A stretch of 64,000 bases of DNA from Eledone cirrhosa (Eukaryota): NCBI GenBank assembly GCA_964016885.1, contig OZ024756.1, forward strand, positions 22,506,001-22,570,000, written 5' to 3'. Below the pieces are notes generated by a model, which did no database searches, was not told the DNA's origin, and saw only the letters and a program-made list of their open reading frames with translations. Position numbers and translations under genes: made by a program. Of this stretch, positions 43,283 through 56,630 are shown in pieces (position 1 is the stretch's first letter; every line of letters begins with the position of its first letter).

Positions 43283-43940
43283 CAGAATCAGTTATGGTTC
43301 CCTGCGGTCAAACTACGGTGCAGACGACCACATATTTGCTAAGTTGTTTCGGTACTGAACTATCCCTCAGATAAGATCGAATATATGCTGCGTAAGGTAA
43401 CAGCTGATCTTCCACAAAAAAAATGCAGAAATAGTTATGATTCGCTGAGGTCAAACTACGGTGCACACAACCATATATTTGCTAAGCTGGACCTTTTCTG
43501 GATATGCTGCATAAGGCAATAGCTGGTCTTCTACCAAAAGTTGCAGAATTAGTTATGATTCTCTGAGGTCAAACTACGGTGCACACAACCATATATTTGC
43601 TAAGCTGGACCTTTTCTGGATATGCTGCATAAGGCAATAGCTGGTCTTCTACCAAAAATTGCAGAATTAGTTATGATTCTCTGAGGTCAAACTACGGTGC
43701 TCACGACCATATATTTGCTAAGCTGTATCAGTTCTGGACTTTCCCTCAGATAAGATTGAAATATGCTGCATAAAGCAACAGCTGGTCTTCCACCCCAAAT
43801 TTCACAATTAGTTATGGTTCGCTGTGGTCAGTCTATATTACACACGATCACATATTTACTAAGCTGTATCAGTTCTGAACTACCCCTCAGATAAGATCAA
43901 AGATATGCAGCATGGGTAACAGCTGGTCTTTCGAAAAAAA
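43283..43940. repeat. Tandem repeat, 5 units of about 118-143 bp
   Basis: cagaattagttatgattc...ggtcaaactacggtgc...catatatttgctaagctg...atatgctgcataagg...agctggtcttc. Confidence 0.9.
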
Positions 43941-44139
43941 TATGCTAATGAATAAAAGCGAAAGCTCTCGCCTTAGAAAGGGTCAAATGATGAAAAGAGC
44001 TCCGCGCTGTGTTATCCAACGTCTCCTTTTATTTAAAGACAATAGCTGTCATTGGATAAACAATAAGAATCTATTTTTAAGATGTGGGGCGACCACATAG
44101 ACGGTCAATTGCTGGTTCTGACCTTTTGATTATGTGTAG

Positions 44140-44656
44140 ATGGTGGTGGTGGTGGTGGTGGTGGTGGTGGTGGAGGTAGATGATGGTAGTGGTGGAGGTA
44201 GATGATAGTAGTGGTGGGGTTGGTGGTGGTGGTGGTGGTGCTGGTTGTGCTAGATGGTGGTGCTGGTTGTGCTAGATGGTGGAGGTGGCTGTGGCGGTGG
44301 TAATGGTGATGGTGGTGCTGCTGGTGGTGCAAGATGGTGGAGGTGGCTGTGGTGGTGTTAATGGTGATGGTGCTGGTGGCGTTGGTGGTGGTGAATGTTG
44401 GTAATGGGACGGGTGATTCTGGTGGCTGTAGATGGTGGTGGTATAAGATGGTAATAGGACTGGTGGTGATGGTGGTGGTGGTGGTGGTGGTGTTGGTTGT
44501 GGTGGTGGTGGTGTTGGTGGTGGTAATGGAACTGGTGGTGGTGATGTTGGTGGTGGTGATGGCGGTGGTGTTTGTGTTGGTGGCGGTGGCGGTGGTGTTT
44601 GTGTTGGTGGCGGTGGTGGTGGTGGTGGTGTTGGTGGCGGTGGTGGTGGTGGTGGG
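44140..44656. repeat. Degenerate (GGT)n microsatellite
   Basis: Direct inspection. Confidence 0.9.
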
Positions 44657-45806
44657 TACTTTTAACAAAAATACATTGTTTATAACAATTGATATCATCA
44701 GCTTTGTTCATTTGAAGCAGTTTTTTTGTTGTGTTTCGTAGCCACGGGCGAACAATGTATTTATGGTTTTACTGTACATCTCTCTTCTCTATATATATAT
44801 GTGTGTGTACATGAATGCGTGTGTATGTGTGTGATTGTGTGCGTGTGTGTGTGTGTTGGTCTTGGGATGAGAGGTTTGAAGTGAAGATTGTAGAGTTTGT
44901 CTGTGTAAATGTGTGTATATATATATGTGTGTGCAAATGTGTGTATATATATATGTGTGTGTATGTGTGGATATATGTGTGTGTTGGTGGGGTGAATGAG
45001 GGATGAGAGGGGGGGGGGTCTTTCAAGTACTGTCTGGAAGCAGAGCTAAAAGAATTCAAGGAGTGAATGTTTTGGGAGGGAAAGTGGAAGAAGAAGAAGA
45101 AGAAGAAGAAGAAGAAGAAGAAGAAGAAGAAGAAGAAGAAGAAGAAGAAGAAGAAGAAGAAGAAGAAGAAGAAGAAGAAGAAGAAGAAGATAATGATAGA
45201 ATAAACGCAACGAGCAAAAGAAAAAATATACAAAAGTTGATTTGCAATTAAGCCGAAAGACCACTGATTTTAGGGAAGGGTTTCCATCAATTATATTGAT
45301 CTATCGTACATAATAAGTACCTATTTTGAGTTGAACCTGCAGGAATTCTGCGGCGGAAGGTGTAGGGGGTTAGGTTGGATGTGGTGAGGTATGTAGCAAC
45401 TGCTTCATTAGAAGAAGAAGAAGAAGAAGAAGAAGAAGAAGAAGAAGAAGAAAAAGAAGAAGAAGAAGAAGAAGAAGAAGAAGAAGAAGAATGTATTCCT
45501 AATTGAGGCACAAGGCCAAGAGATTTGGGAGAAGGACAAAGCTGGTTAAATCGACCCCAGTACGTGACTAGTACACTATTTTATCTACTCTACTCTGCAA
45601 AGATTTGGACTAGGTAGGATTTGATTTTAGAATGTGAAGGGTCAGAACTGCGCAAACGCTTTTTGCCCGATGCTCTACCAATTCTACCAATAGATCACCC
45701 CATAACAATGACAAGTAAATATAGATAATCCTTTTTGTGATGGCCATAAACATTTATAGATCATATAGGTATGTGTCATTCACGAAGTTTACAAAACACA
45801 CGAAGT

Positions 45807-45840
<34 letters not shown>

Positions 45841-45992
45841 TAGATAAATATACACGGGTGTGTATAGAAGATTATATTAATAAAAGGAATTCCAACTTTG
45901 TCTGATTTACTCGTTTTATTTACAATCCTTTAAAATTTATAATGGTATTAGAATGAAATAGTATGGTAGGATATTAAATGTTAAGTGTTAAT

Positions 45993-46031
45993 TGAACAAG
46001 TAATTTCATGCTTTCGCAATCTTCAGGTTCA
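45993..46031 (-). ncRNA. Minimal hammerhead-like motif
   Basis: Minus strand tgaac-CTGAAGA-ttgc(gaaa)gcat-GAAA-ttac-TT-gttca. Confidence 0.55.
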
Positions 46032-46066
46032 TATTGTGTGGTGACAGTCAAGTTTGCAATTTTCAA

Positions 46067-46151
46067 GGTCCGACGAGCTTTTGATTCCAGAGTCGGGCCA
46101 GATCGATACATATCGAACCATGAGCTGATCAGTAGCGAAACGCGCGTCACC
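46067..46151 (+). ncRNA. Hammerhead with U4C deviation (family P10)
   Basis: ggt-CCGACGA-gct...agc-GAAA-cgcgcg-TC-acc. Palindromic cgcgcg stem-loop III. Confidence 0.6.
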
Positions 46152-46318
46152 AACTAATAAATGTAATGAAGGTTTAACAAATCGTCCTTGTATTATTATA
46201 TTACACTCTGTCTAGCTCTGATCCTCGCTACTGACGGGAACCTAAACATCGAGGGCTCACCTGGGTGAACCTACAGTAATTTCACGTTACACTCCCTGGA
46301 TACATATATATATATATA

Positions 46319-46376
46319 GTCCAGAAATAGCCGTCGAAACGGCTTGAGCTCTGCCGTCGGGGTCATACACTTCCTA
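46319..46376 (+). mobile_element. Family P2 single arm
   Basis: gtccagaaatagccgtcgaaacggcttgagctctgccgtcggggtc between TA tracts. Confidence 0.65.
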
Positions 46377-46898
46377 TATATATAAACTGAAGGAGGGGAG
46401 TGTGGGAATAGAATAACACCTAGATGTAGAGTCTGTTACCCCCGCCCCTTCCCTCTATCTTTATTTCGTTGCTGAATACTCCTCGCCCTTTTATCTCCTT
46501 TTCCGCACACTTGCAATCTTGTACAATATTATTTTCTTTTACTGTTTGACTAAATATTATATTCTTTATTATTTTGTATGTAATTTTCTCCTACAAATAA
46601 AATATTTATCTATTACCAAAACAGATAAAGGCATCCCGATAACACTTGTTTGAGAATCCGTCACCTGTATAGTTTTAGGAATCTTCTCACACTCACACGA
46701 GGCTCTGATCATCTTCTTAAATTCCATTTAGCAAAGAGGATCCACTGAAACTATACATGAACACCTTTCAACATTGCCCCACTTTCTCGGCACCTATTAA
46801 CCCAACTAAAAATGTGTGTGTTAAAATATCCCAAAGCTCTTTGTTGGTAAAAAAACAACCCAAAAACATGCACCAGAGGAATTGTTTTCTATTAAATA

Positions 46899-47250
46899 AA
46901 AGAGTAAAATGATAAAGACCCCCTTCGGTCACGAATGGCCATGGGATTTGCACCTAGAAATTTCCCCTTCGAAGCATATTTCGGGGCAGTGTTGTTTGTG
47001 GAAGACCACCTGTCGCCCATGCATACCAGTCCCCCCTCTTTACGTCACCGATGTTACCCATGAGAAAGAAAATGGCCGATACAGCTTGGCACCAGTGACA
47101 TCAGCACTCATTTCTACAGGTGAGTAAACTGGAACAACGTGAAAGTAAAATGTCTTGCTCAAGAACACAGTGCAATCACCCGGTCCTAGAATCGGACTCA
47201 CAACTACCCGATTGCAAGTGCCACGCTCTAAGAAAGACCTGCGCCTTCAC
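46899..47250 (-). mobile_element. SINE B, near full length (other copies about 17340-17590, 41460-41688, 52440-52577, 53560-53620, all minus)
   Basis: Shared ...gtaaactggagcaacgtgaaat...tgtcttgctcaagaacac...gccttcac end. Confidence 0.75.
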
Positions 47251-47659
47251 TCCGTCAAGTAATCCTGGCTTAATTCACTTTCTGAGCGGAACTCTATAAA
47301 TGTGTGACTCGAGAATACATGAAAACGACGATGCTGATTATGCTGATGCTGATGCTGATGATGATGGTGGTGGTGGTGGTGGCGGCGGTGATGGTGGTGG
47401 TGGTGGTGATGATGATGCTGCTGATGATGATGATGAATGCAATAAATTATATAATAAAATCACTACAAGTTATGACATAAATAAACAGTCTTTTTATAGT
47501 GTTGTAATAGGGTAGAATGTAATGCATCATATATTGCATTATATTATTGTATAGAATAGTCTGTCGCATCATACTATAATAGAGTATAATATCAGAAACC
47601 ATTACATTATACCATAATACAGTGTAATCTGTCGCAGTATGATATATAATATAAATGTC

Positions 47660-49290
47660 GATGGATTGGCAGTATCGATAGAGTGCTGGACAACATGTTT
47701 TGTGGCATACACAGTTCAGCTATTTACTCTCTGAGTTCAAATCCCACCGATGTTAGCTTTGACTTTCGAGCTTACGGGCTCGATAAAATAAAGTACTGGG
47801 TTTGATTTAATCGACTTTCCTCACCCCTAAAATTGTTAGCCTTGTGTCTAAAATCAGAAACCGCTATGATATAATATATTTGGTCGTCAAGTATGAAATG
47901 TGTAGTAATTTCTAAAAGAAAGACACCTTTCTACAAATTTCATACTTGACGCCCCAATAATAAAATCCGTCGCAATATAATATATAATTGTTTCTACTTT
48001 TGGCACAAGGCCAGCAATTACCCAATGCATTACTGGTACTTTATTCTATCGACCCCGGAAGGATGAAAGGCAAAGTTAACCTCGGCGGGATTTGAACTCA
48101 GACTAGCAGAATGGCTCGGCGTTGCTCGGGATTTGCTCTAGCGTCATAATGTCGTAATACAGACACCAGACATACAGAGAGATATTATAAGTGCGCGACG
48201 CCGTAGCTATGTATCTATCTAAAAAGAAAGACTGGGAATTATAGAGAGAGATTGCTAAATAGCCTAATGCGGTCCCTAGGGCATTGAAAATTTGAAATGT
48301 TCTTTGCTCAAAACACTCACACGACCAGACGTATTACATGTGTAAAGTTTGAAAAAAATAGGTTGGGTGATTCTCGAGTTTTAGGGAGTCAGACAGACAG
48401 ACTGACAGACATTCTCTGTTTTCGATATATAGATAAGGGCCGGTGGATTGGCAATATCGGTGGAGTATAGGACACCATGCTTCGTAGCATAGAGTTACGT
48501 CGCTTTTCGTTATGATTTGAAATACTGCCAATGTTAGATTTGCTTTTCATCCTTACGTGTAGATAAAATGAAGTACCAGCAACGCACTGGTAACGACTTA
48601 ATCGATTTTCCCCTTCCTCCAGATTATTGGCCTTGTCCCTAAATCAGAAACCTTTGTAATATATGATATAGTACATAATATATAATATGGCTTCCTTTGA
48701 CATTTAGCCATTTGGATATCGGAGACTTGTTTGAGAAGCGGGCCGCATGAGATATGGCTCATCATCAGGTGTGGCGCAAGCGCTAATTTACATTCGTGCC
48801 CACATTAAAAAAAGGGCGGTAACTCAGGTTATTTTGATTTGTTTCTTCAGAATTCGTACACGTTGTTTTCATCAATCGTAAAAACGATAGAAAGATAAAT
48901 TACGACTGAAAATTTGTGGTAAAAAAAATCAAAAAAATCATAAAGATTTCGCTTAGGTGACTTAGGCGAGCCATTCAGAAAGCTTCGCGGGTTTCCCATG
49001 ACCGACTTAAACCATATGGAGATTTTGTTGACAGGATCTAGCTGCAGTTCCTCTTCGTTGTCTCTACTTCCAAACATATATTTAAACTCTTTCTTGAGTT
49101 AGTAAAAATAATTGTTTCTACTTTTGGCACAAGGCCAGGAATTAACCAGTACATTACTGGTACTTTATTTTATCGACCCCGTAAGGATGAACGGCAAAGT
49201 GAACCTCGGCGGGATTTGAACTCAGACCGTAAAGGGACGTAACTATGCTGGAAGGCATGGCGTCCGACTCTCTACCGATACTGCCAATCC
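47660..49290. mobile_element. SINE A copies (47660-47862 +, 47985-48101 -, 48438-48650 +, 49108-49290 -)
   Basis: Homology to the family A consensus. Confidence 0.8.
48103..48433 (-). mobile_element. Non-autonomous Helitron
   Basis: Minus strand starts A|TCTATATA and ends with a GC-rich hairpin (ccgagcaacgccgagc) plus CTAG|T. Inserted at an AT site. Confidence 0.75.
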
Positions 49291-50919
49291 TTTTGAGTTG
49301 GTAAAAATAACGTTGGAAATTCCTGGTAGCGATGAGACGTCAACATTATAACTATCTGAGTTATTTCCCTTAGCGAACGTTAAAATATATAACACCGTAA
49401 TGCCCTGAAGCGGTGTGGGAAGTCGTTTTTATTCCTCCTTCTCGACCATAATATTATGTAATAAATAATAGAACATATAATTATTTAATATTCATTAAAA
49501 CATTCAGACACGGAAAAGCATAAAAATAAATAACAGATAAAAATGTAAAATGTATATATTTCCACAGAAGAATATAAAATTCATTAATGGTTAGAGAATT
49601 GCAAACAGAAAAATATTGGTCTAGGAATGCAAACACAGATCAAAGATATTTCTACACAACAGAAAACATGACGAAATGTATAAATATTATAACACCATAA
49701 CGAAAAAATAGCTGACGTGAATTTTTTTATGAAGGTACTTCATGAAACTATGTTGAAGTATGTTAAACATATTCAATACAGAAAACAAAAACAAAATCAA
49801 ACAAAAAAAACAAAAATATAATGGATCCTCCGTCGGTTTCAACGATGAGCATTTACAGATTGAATATTCGAGAAATACATGTGAACGTAACGTAATTCCT
49901 TAGTCGAAACAACATAAGACGATCTATGAAAATATTTGAATCTTAGAAGTACTATCCAATCCAATCCATTCATTTCTGTTGGAGGAACCTCTCCCTAGCT
50001 GACCTCCACGGCTTTCTGTTTGGTTTTGGTCATGTCAGTAGTGTAACCGTACTTGGTCAATTGCAGGTTTGGCGAGACTATTTAACCCATAGTTACGGGT
50101 TGCGGTGGGTAACCGTTGACTTTGAGGAATTAATCGGCCATTTTTACAGCTCTTGTTTTTTGTACTACTAAGGCTCCACTTAACCCCCTCATCAAACCAG
50201 GGTCTCGAGGAGGAGCCGGTTTAGTTCCCGACCACTTGACCATAAAATAAGCTGTACTGGGTTACATTGTACCAGTAGCAGACAAAATTCTGACTTGACA
50301 GGTTCAATACAGTAAATATATTGTAAATACTCCTAAACAATTTCAACTACGAAGCTTGTATTATACGGCCTTTTACGATCTGAGTTCAATTCCCGCCGAT
50401 GTTAGCTTTGCCTTTCATCATTACGAGGTCGATAAAATATTGTACCAGCAACGCAAGTACCAATTATTAGCCATTCAGGCTAAATCAGGAACCATATATT
50501 TCCATATACAGCCCTATTACTTACATGTTAATCAAAGAATCGGACGTTGACTTGAGCGATTAAATGAATCGTCGTTTGTAAACAAACTGGGCAACCATCA
50601 TCAGCAAACTTAAATAACTACTGGGGTTTCTATGACCGACTGATAATAAGGCTCTGAAGATGGTGCTCCAGCATGGCTACGATTCAAAGCACTAAACCAG
50701 CAGAAGAAGATAAGTGAAAACAGAATATAAAAAGATTTGTAATAATAATTCACGACAAACATGTAAATACGACTGGATATGTATTATCAAAGTGTTTGGT
50801 GTGGCTTGGGGTGCTTCTCAATTTCTCTTGCCCCACCCTCCCTTTGTCTCTCTTTTTCCTTTCTCGATCTAAGTATATATGCAAACACAGTCCTGTCACC
50901 CTCTCTTCTTCTTCTTCTT

Positions 50920-50950
<31 letters not shown>

Positions 50951-51128
50951 TTATTATTATTATTATTCTTCTTCTTCTTCTTCTTCTTCTTCTTCTTCTT
51001 CTTCTTCTTCTTCTTCTTCTTCTTCTTCTTCTTCTTCTTCTTCTCTCTCTCTCTCTTTCTTTCTTTCCCTTCATATATATATATATATAATTATATATAA
51101 TAATTATATATATAATATATATATATGT

Positions 51129-51160
<32 letters not shown>

Positions 51161-51187
51161 TTATATATATATGTAAGTATGTATACG

Positions 51188-51220
<33 letters not shown>

Positions 51221-51356
51221 AATATGGGGAGAAGAATACTGCATGGTTGCACATGGATTACATGTTATAAAATGAGTCCCTCATCAGTGATTTGCCAACG
51301 ATCATTGGTATTTCATCGCATTAAAAATCATATACCTCACGTTGGTGCGATAATAA

Positions 51357-51438
<82 letters not shown>

Positions 51439-51951
51439 TATATATATATATAATTATAATATAAATTATAAATTATAATATAAATTTATATTATAACTGA
51501 AAAAATGGAATTCTTATATATAATTATATATATATTATAACATATATAATTATACATATATATATATTATATATATAACGAAGATCGGTGGTATTAAGTC
51601 AACGCTCCCTCCACACACACACACATATATGTATGTAACTCTATGCGGCAAAGCATATATGTATGTAACTCTATACGCCCTATCAGAACGTATTATAATG
51701 AAAGTTCTACAAACAGAAAGAGAAATTGAGGTGAATGATTCACTCTTACTTTTTATTACACCCAATCGTCTTTTTAATATTTATTTGTGTTTGTCTATTT
51801 ATGTTGTTGAGATATCATTTAATAGTTTTCTTTCATCACCAATTTTTCCTTCCTTCGGGAATGATTTAAATTGATTTAATATCTAATAATATATGATCAG
51901 TAAAATATAGAATACAAAATATTTATATTGATATATAAATACATATATAGA

Positions 51952-52890
51952 TGTACGTCTTTCCTTATGTGGGTGGATTTTAGCTGAAAGAATAGAAGAC
52001 AAACAGATTGAAGAAGATAGAAAGAAGGTGAGTCAGAGGAAATAATTGAAGGACTAAGAAAGAATAATTATTTAATACACCCTAAAGTATAAGAGGTTAG
52101 CAAATCTCGAAAGGAAACATTGTTTCCTTGGTCCGATATGACAAAAGTTTACAATCTAATCTAATCTGGCGGAGTTTAAACTCGCAAATAAGAAGAACCA
52201 GGCCCGCCCCTAGGAGCATTGGATTTTGTGTACTTCATATTTGTTTCGGTTGCTGAATACAATCAGGGGTCACTGCTTCTCCTGAAGATCAATAGTTCTC
52301 TTCTAACGTCTAGCGCGTTTGCATTGTCAATTTGCATTGATCCTCTGCAAAGCCGCATTGTTCTCAGAACCACTACACCAGTCTTTCGATGCGTACAGCT
52401 GGAACTACTGCCACCCATTGCTTTGGCTTTGGGAGGATCGCAACTCATTTCTACAACTAAGTAAACTGGAGCAACGTGAAATAATGTGACTTGCTCAAGG
52501 ACACAAAACATCACCCAGTCCGAAAATTGAACTCACAACCTTTCGATTGCACTAACCGCTAAGCCATGCGCCTTCATCAAATATAGATACCTGATAAAAA
52601 TCATATATATTTCCCTCATATGTATCCTTCACAAATCATGAATACATTTCGAATAGGATACTAATATATAAATATATATAAATATATAGCTGTACGTCTT
52701 TGCTTATGTGGGCGGATGTTAGCCGAAAGAATAGAAGACAAATTGAAAAAGACAGAAAGACGGTGAGTGAGAGGAAATAATTGAGAGGCTAAGAAAGAAT
52801 AATTATTTAATACACCCTAAAGTATAAGCGGTTAACAATTCTCCAAAGGAAATATTGTTTCCTTGGTCCGATTTGACAAAAAATTACAAT
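51952..52890. repeat. Dispersed duplication of about 200 bp (51952-52155 and 52691-52890)
   Basis: Near-identical segments. The 3' part (ggaaacattgtttccttggtccgat...gac) also occurs at about 4518-4560 and, inverted, at about 53480-53530. Confidence 0.75.
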
Positions 52891-53120
52891 ATAGATACCT
52901 GATAAAAATCATATATATTGGATGTGGAGCTCCAGTGAGGGAATCGATCTATATTTCAAATTTTTGTTCAATTAAAATATGATACTGCAACGTACTATGT
53001 ATTCTTACATTCTATACAGATTGTCTCTTGTTAAAGTTTGATATGTTCTATTATACACTCAAATCATTAGATATTTATGTATGTATATATGTCATTCACT
53101 ATTTTGTAATGATAACGAGA

Positions 53121-53310
53121 GGGCGGTTAATTGGCAGTATCGGTAGAGGGTCGGACGCCATGCTTTCCAGCATAGTTACGCCCCTTTACGGTCTGAGTTC
53201 GAATCCCGTCGAGGTTAACGTTGCCTTTCATCCTTACGGGGTCGATAAAATAAAGTACCAGTAATGCACTGGATAATTGCTGGCCTTGTGCCAAAAGTTG
53301 AAAGAACTAT
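53121..53310 (+). mobile_element. SINE A
   Basis: Full-length match to the consensus. Confidence 0.85.
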
Positions 53311-53698
53311 TTCGTAATGATATATATATATATATATCATAGATTGAGTTAGAAACTCAAAAGAGTCTTTTACAATTAAATAGCTCAAGGAAGGGAATCG
53401 GTCCGAGCCGTGTAATACAATTGAATATATCAGTGGGATGAACACCGATACTAGTATACATGTGTTCGAATTATAGACAGTCGATCAACTTTCGTCAAAT
53501 CGGAGCAAGGAAACAATGTTTCCGTTGGTCTTGCTAATATTTTCTATTATATGTCGGTCAAGGAACCGAACTCATAACCTCACGATTGCGACGAATACAA
53601 TTCTCTAACCATTCAGCCATATATATATATATACATGCATATATATATACATACATACATACATATATATATATACATACATACATGCATACATACAT

Positions 53699-53743
<45 letters not shown>

Positions 53744-53842
53744 CATACATACATATATACATACATACATATATATATACATAGATACATACATATATAC
53801 ATACATACATATATATACATACATACATACATACATACATAG

Positions 53843-53883
<41 letters not shown>

Positions 53884-54189
53884 TATACATACATAAATAT
53901 ACATACAAACAGGGTGGCTGCCAACTCGTTTTCGAGTACGGCCACTACTTTATATCCATGTAGGAGAACCCTTACCGATCCGCCGAACGAGTGTGACATT
54001 TTAGTCCAGCCAGCGACTTGAAAACTCTGGTACAAACACTACACTTGTGACAATTATTGACACATAGTGCTGGGCCCATGGTACCATGTGACGACAAGTG
54101 CAGAGAGATCTCCAGATATAAAGCAGTGCCTGTGCCGTGAAGCTTTTATAGTGAGCAAAGGCACATACAAACATACATACATACATACA

Positions 54190-54237
<48 letters not shown>

Positions 54238-54239
<2 letters not shown>

Positions 54240-54525
54240 ATATAAGATCAAAAGATGGTTAAAGGAGTTCATGTTGATTTAAAACTGCACTATCAACAAG
54301 TGTTTTTTTAGCCTTCATATCATGTTCTCCTGTTTTATCTGATGAAAACACAAATATTATTGCTTGATGATGTTTGTTTTTGAAATGCGCATAATAAAAT
54401 ACATGGAACTCCTTTAACCATCTTTTGATCTTATATTATGCATACTCCAGTCCCACAAACTGTAGAGTGCTTCTTATCCGATATCTGCATTGCTTTATTG
54501 TACTACAATAAAACTCACCTCCTAC

Positions 54526-54528
<3 letters not shown>
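54238..54528. mobile_element. Family P6 fold-back element with hammerhead on plus strand 54331-54401
   Basis: tgttttat-CTGATGA-aaacacaaatattat...atgatgtttgttttt-GAAA-tgcgca-TA-ataaaata. Inverted arms at about 54238-54270 and 54406-54439. Confidence 0.8.
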
Positions 54529-54583
<55 letters not shown>

Positions 54584-54596
54584 AATCACGCCAATG

Positions 54597-54677
<81 letters not shown>

Positions 54678-55037
54678 CCATTGGCGTGATTCATACACTA
54701 TTTTATTGCTGTTATTACAGCTACTGTAGCTGAAATGAACTGTAAAAGCAAATCGTCAAATTGTACTCGATTCTCACATTTCCCACTTAGTCACCTTTAA
54801 CGATAGAACATATATGGCATTTTCCTGTTTATATTTCCAACTAAGTACTATCCAACAAAAAAGGACAAAGTGCTCTAGCCCCTGGACACCTTGAACAATA
54901 TATATATTTAATAATGTCAATGACACGCACCCGCATACACACACATGCATACGCATACACACACACACATACACTCAAACTTATGTAAACGTTCACTGAA
55001 TGTATATATGTATATCTCTCTCTATATATATACTGTA

Positions 55038-55123
<86 letters not shown>

Positions 55124-55137
55124 CGTGCGTGCGTGTG

Positions 55138-55209
<72 letters not shown>

Positions 55210-55231
55210 TATATATATATAAATAAATATA

Positions 55232-55415
55232 TAGGAGAAAGTATGACCCCGGCGGCAGAGCTCAAGCCGTTTCGACGGCTATTTCTGGACTAGAGACTGG
55301 ACTAAAGACTGCCGTCGGGGTCATACTTTCTCCTATTACTCACTCTACTACCCTAAGTATTGAGTACTCTGGTGCGTTTGGGTCCATCTGGTTCCTTACC
55401 ACAACTCCTCCGTTT
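55232..55415. mobile_element. Family P2 fold-back copy
   Basis: Homology to the other P2 copies. TA-flanked. Confidence 0.7.
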
Positions 55416-55440
55416 TATATATATATATATTTTATATATA

Positions 55441-55569
<129 letters not shown>

Positions 55570-55694
55570 CATATATATATACATACATATATATATATAT
55601 GCATATATATATATATATATATATACATACATACATGCATGCATGCATACATACATACATACATACATACATACATACTTACATACATACATAC

Positions 55695-55788
<94 letters not shown>

Positions 55789-56084
55789 ATATGTATGTGT
55801 ATGTATGTATGTATCTACGTATGAATGTCTATATATATATATATCTATACATACATATATATGATTGTGAGAGCAGAAATTATATGCCAAGATACTTCCG
55901 AGTGATATTTAGCCTTTAATTCGTATTTCTCAATAATTTGAACAGTCACTTAATACCAATATTAAGTATTTTGTAAATACGAGGCTCGTTTTCCGATCTA
56001 TTCGTTGCTATTTCTGCTTATACAAGACGAGAAAGAAGTTCCATTTATCCTCTTGGCGTAATTGTATTATTAGAAATATGTGAC

Positions 56085-56630
56085 AGCGATGGATTAGCAG
56101 GGTCGGAGGCCATACTTTACAACATAGGGTTACGGCCCTTTATCATCTGAGTTCAATTCCCACCAAGTTTAACTTTGCTTTTCATGCTTACGGGGTCGAT
56201 ATAATAAAGTACCAGTAATGTACTGAGTTCGATGTAAATGATTGGCCTCTCTTGCTGGTTTTGTGCCTAAATCAGAAACGATTATAATTACCATACCAGT
56301 CACGCACTGGGGTTGATTTAATCGACTTTCCCCTCCCCACAAATGACTGGCCTTGTGCCTATAATAGAAATCATTTTATAAGACGAGAGAGAAGTTCCAT
56401 TTATCCTGTGGTCGTAATTGTATTATTAGAAATAAGTGAGGAAGGTGGATTAGCAGTATCTGTAGAGGGTCGGACGCCATGCTTTACAGCATAGAGTTAC
56501 GGCCATTTATGATCTAGTTCAAATCCCGCCGAGTTTGACTTTACCTTTCATCCTTACGGGGTCGATAAAATAAAGTACCAGTAACGCACTGGGATAATTG
56601 CTGGCGTTGTGCTAAAAGTAGAAACAATTA
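56085..56630 (+). mobile_element. SINE A copies within a local tandem duplication
   Basis: The same unique 5' flank (agacgaga...ccatttatcct...tattattagaaat) precedes the copies at about 56085 and 56440. Confidence 0.75.

Noticed and set aside
44105-44741. Mucin-like Thr-rich and His-rich ORFs
   Set aside because: They are translations of a (GGT)n microsatellite with no splice or gene context.
51280-51320. CTGATGA on the minus strand in a TA-flanked insert
   Set aside because: No correctly placed GAAA, stem III and UH.
53352-53372. GAAA-ctc(aaaa)gag-TC half motif (similar partial motifs at about 7785-7825, 32577-32610 and 63285-63315)
   Set aside because: Only half of the core is present or the core is mutated, so these were not counted as ribozymes.
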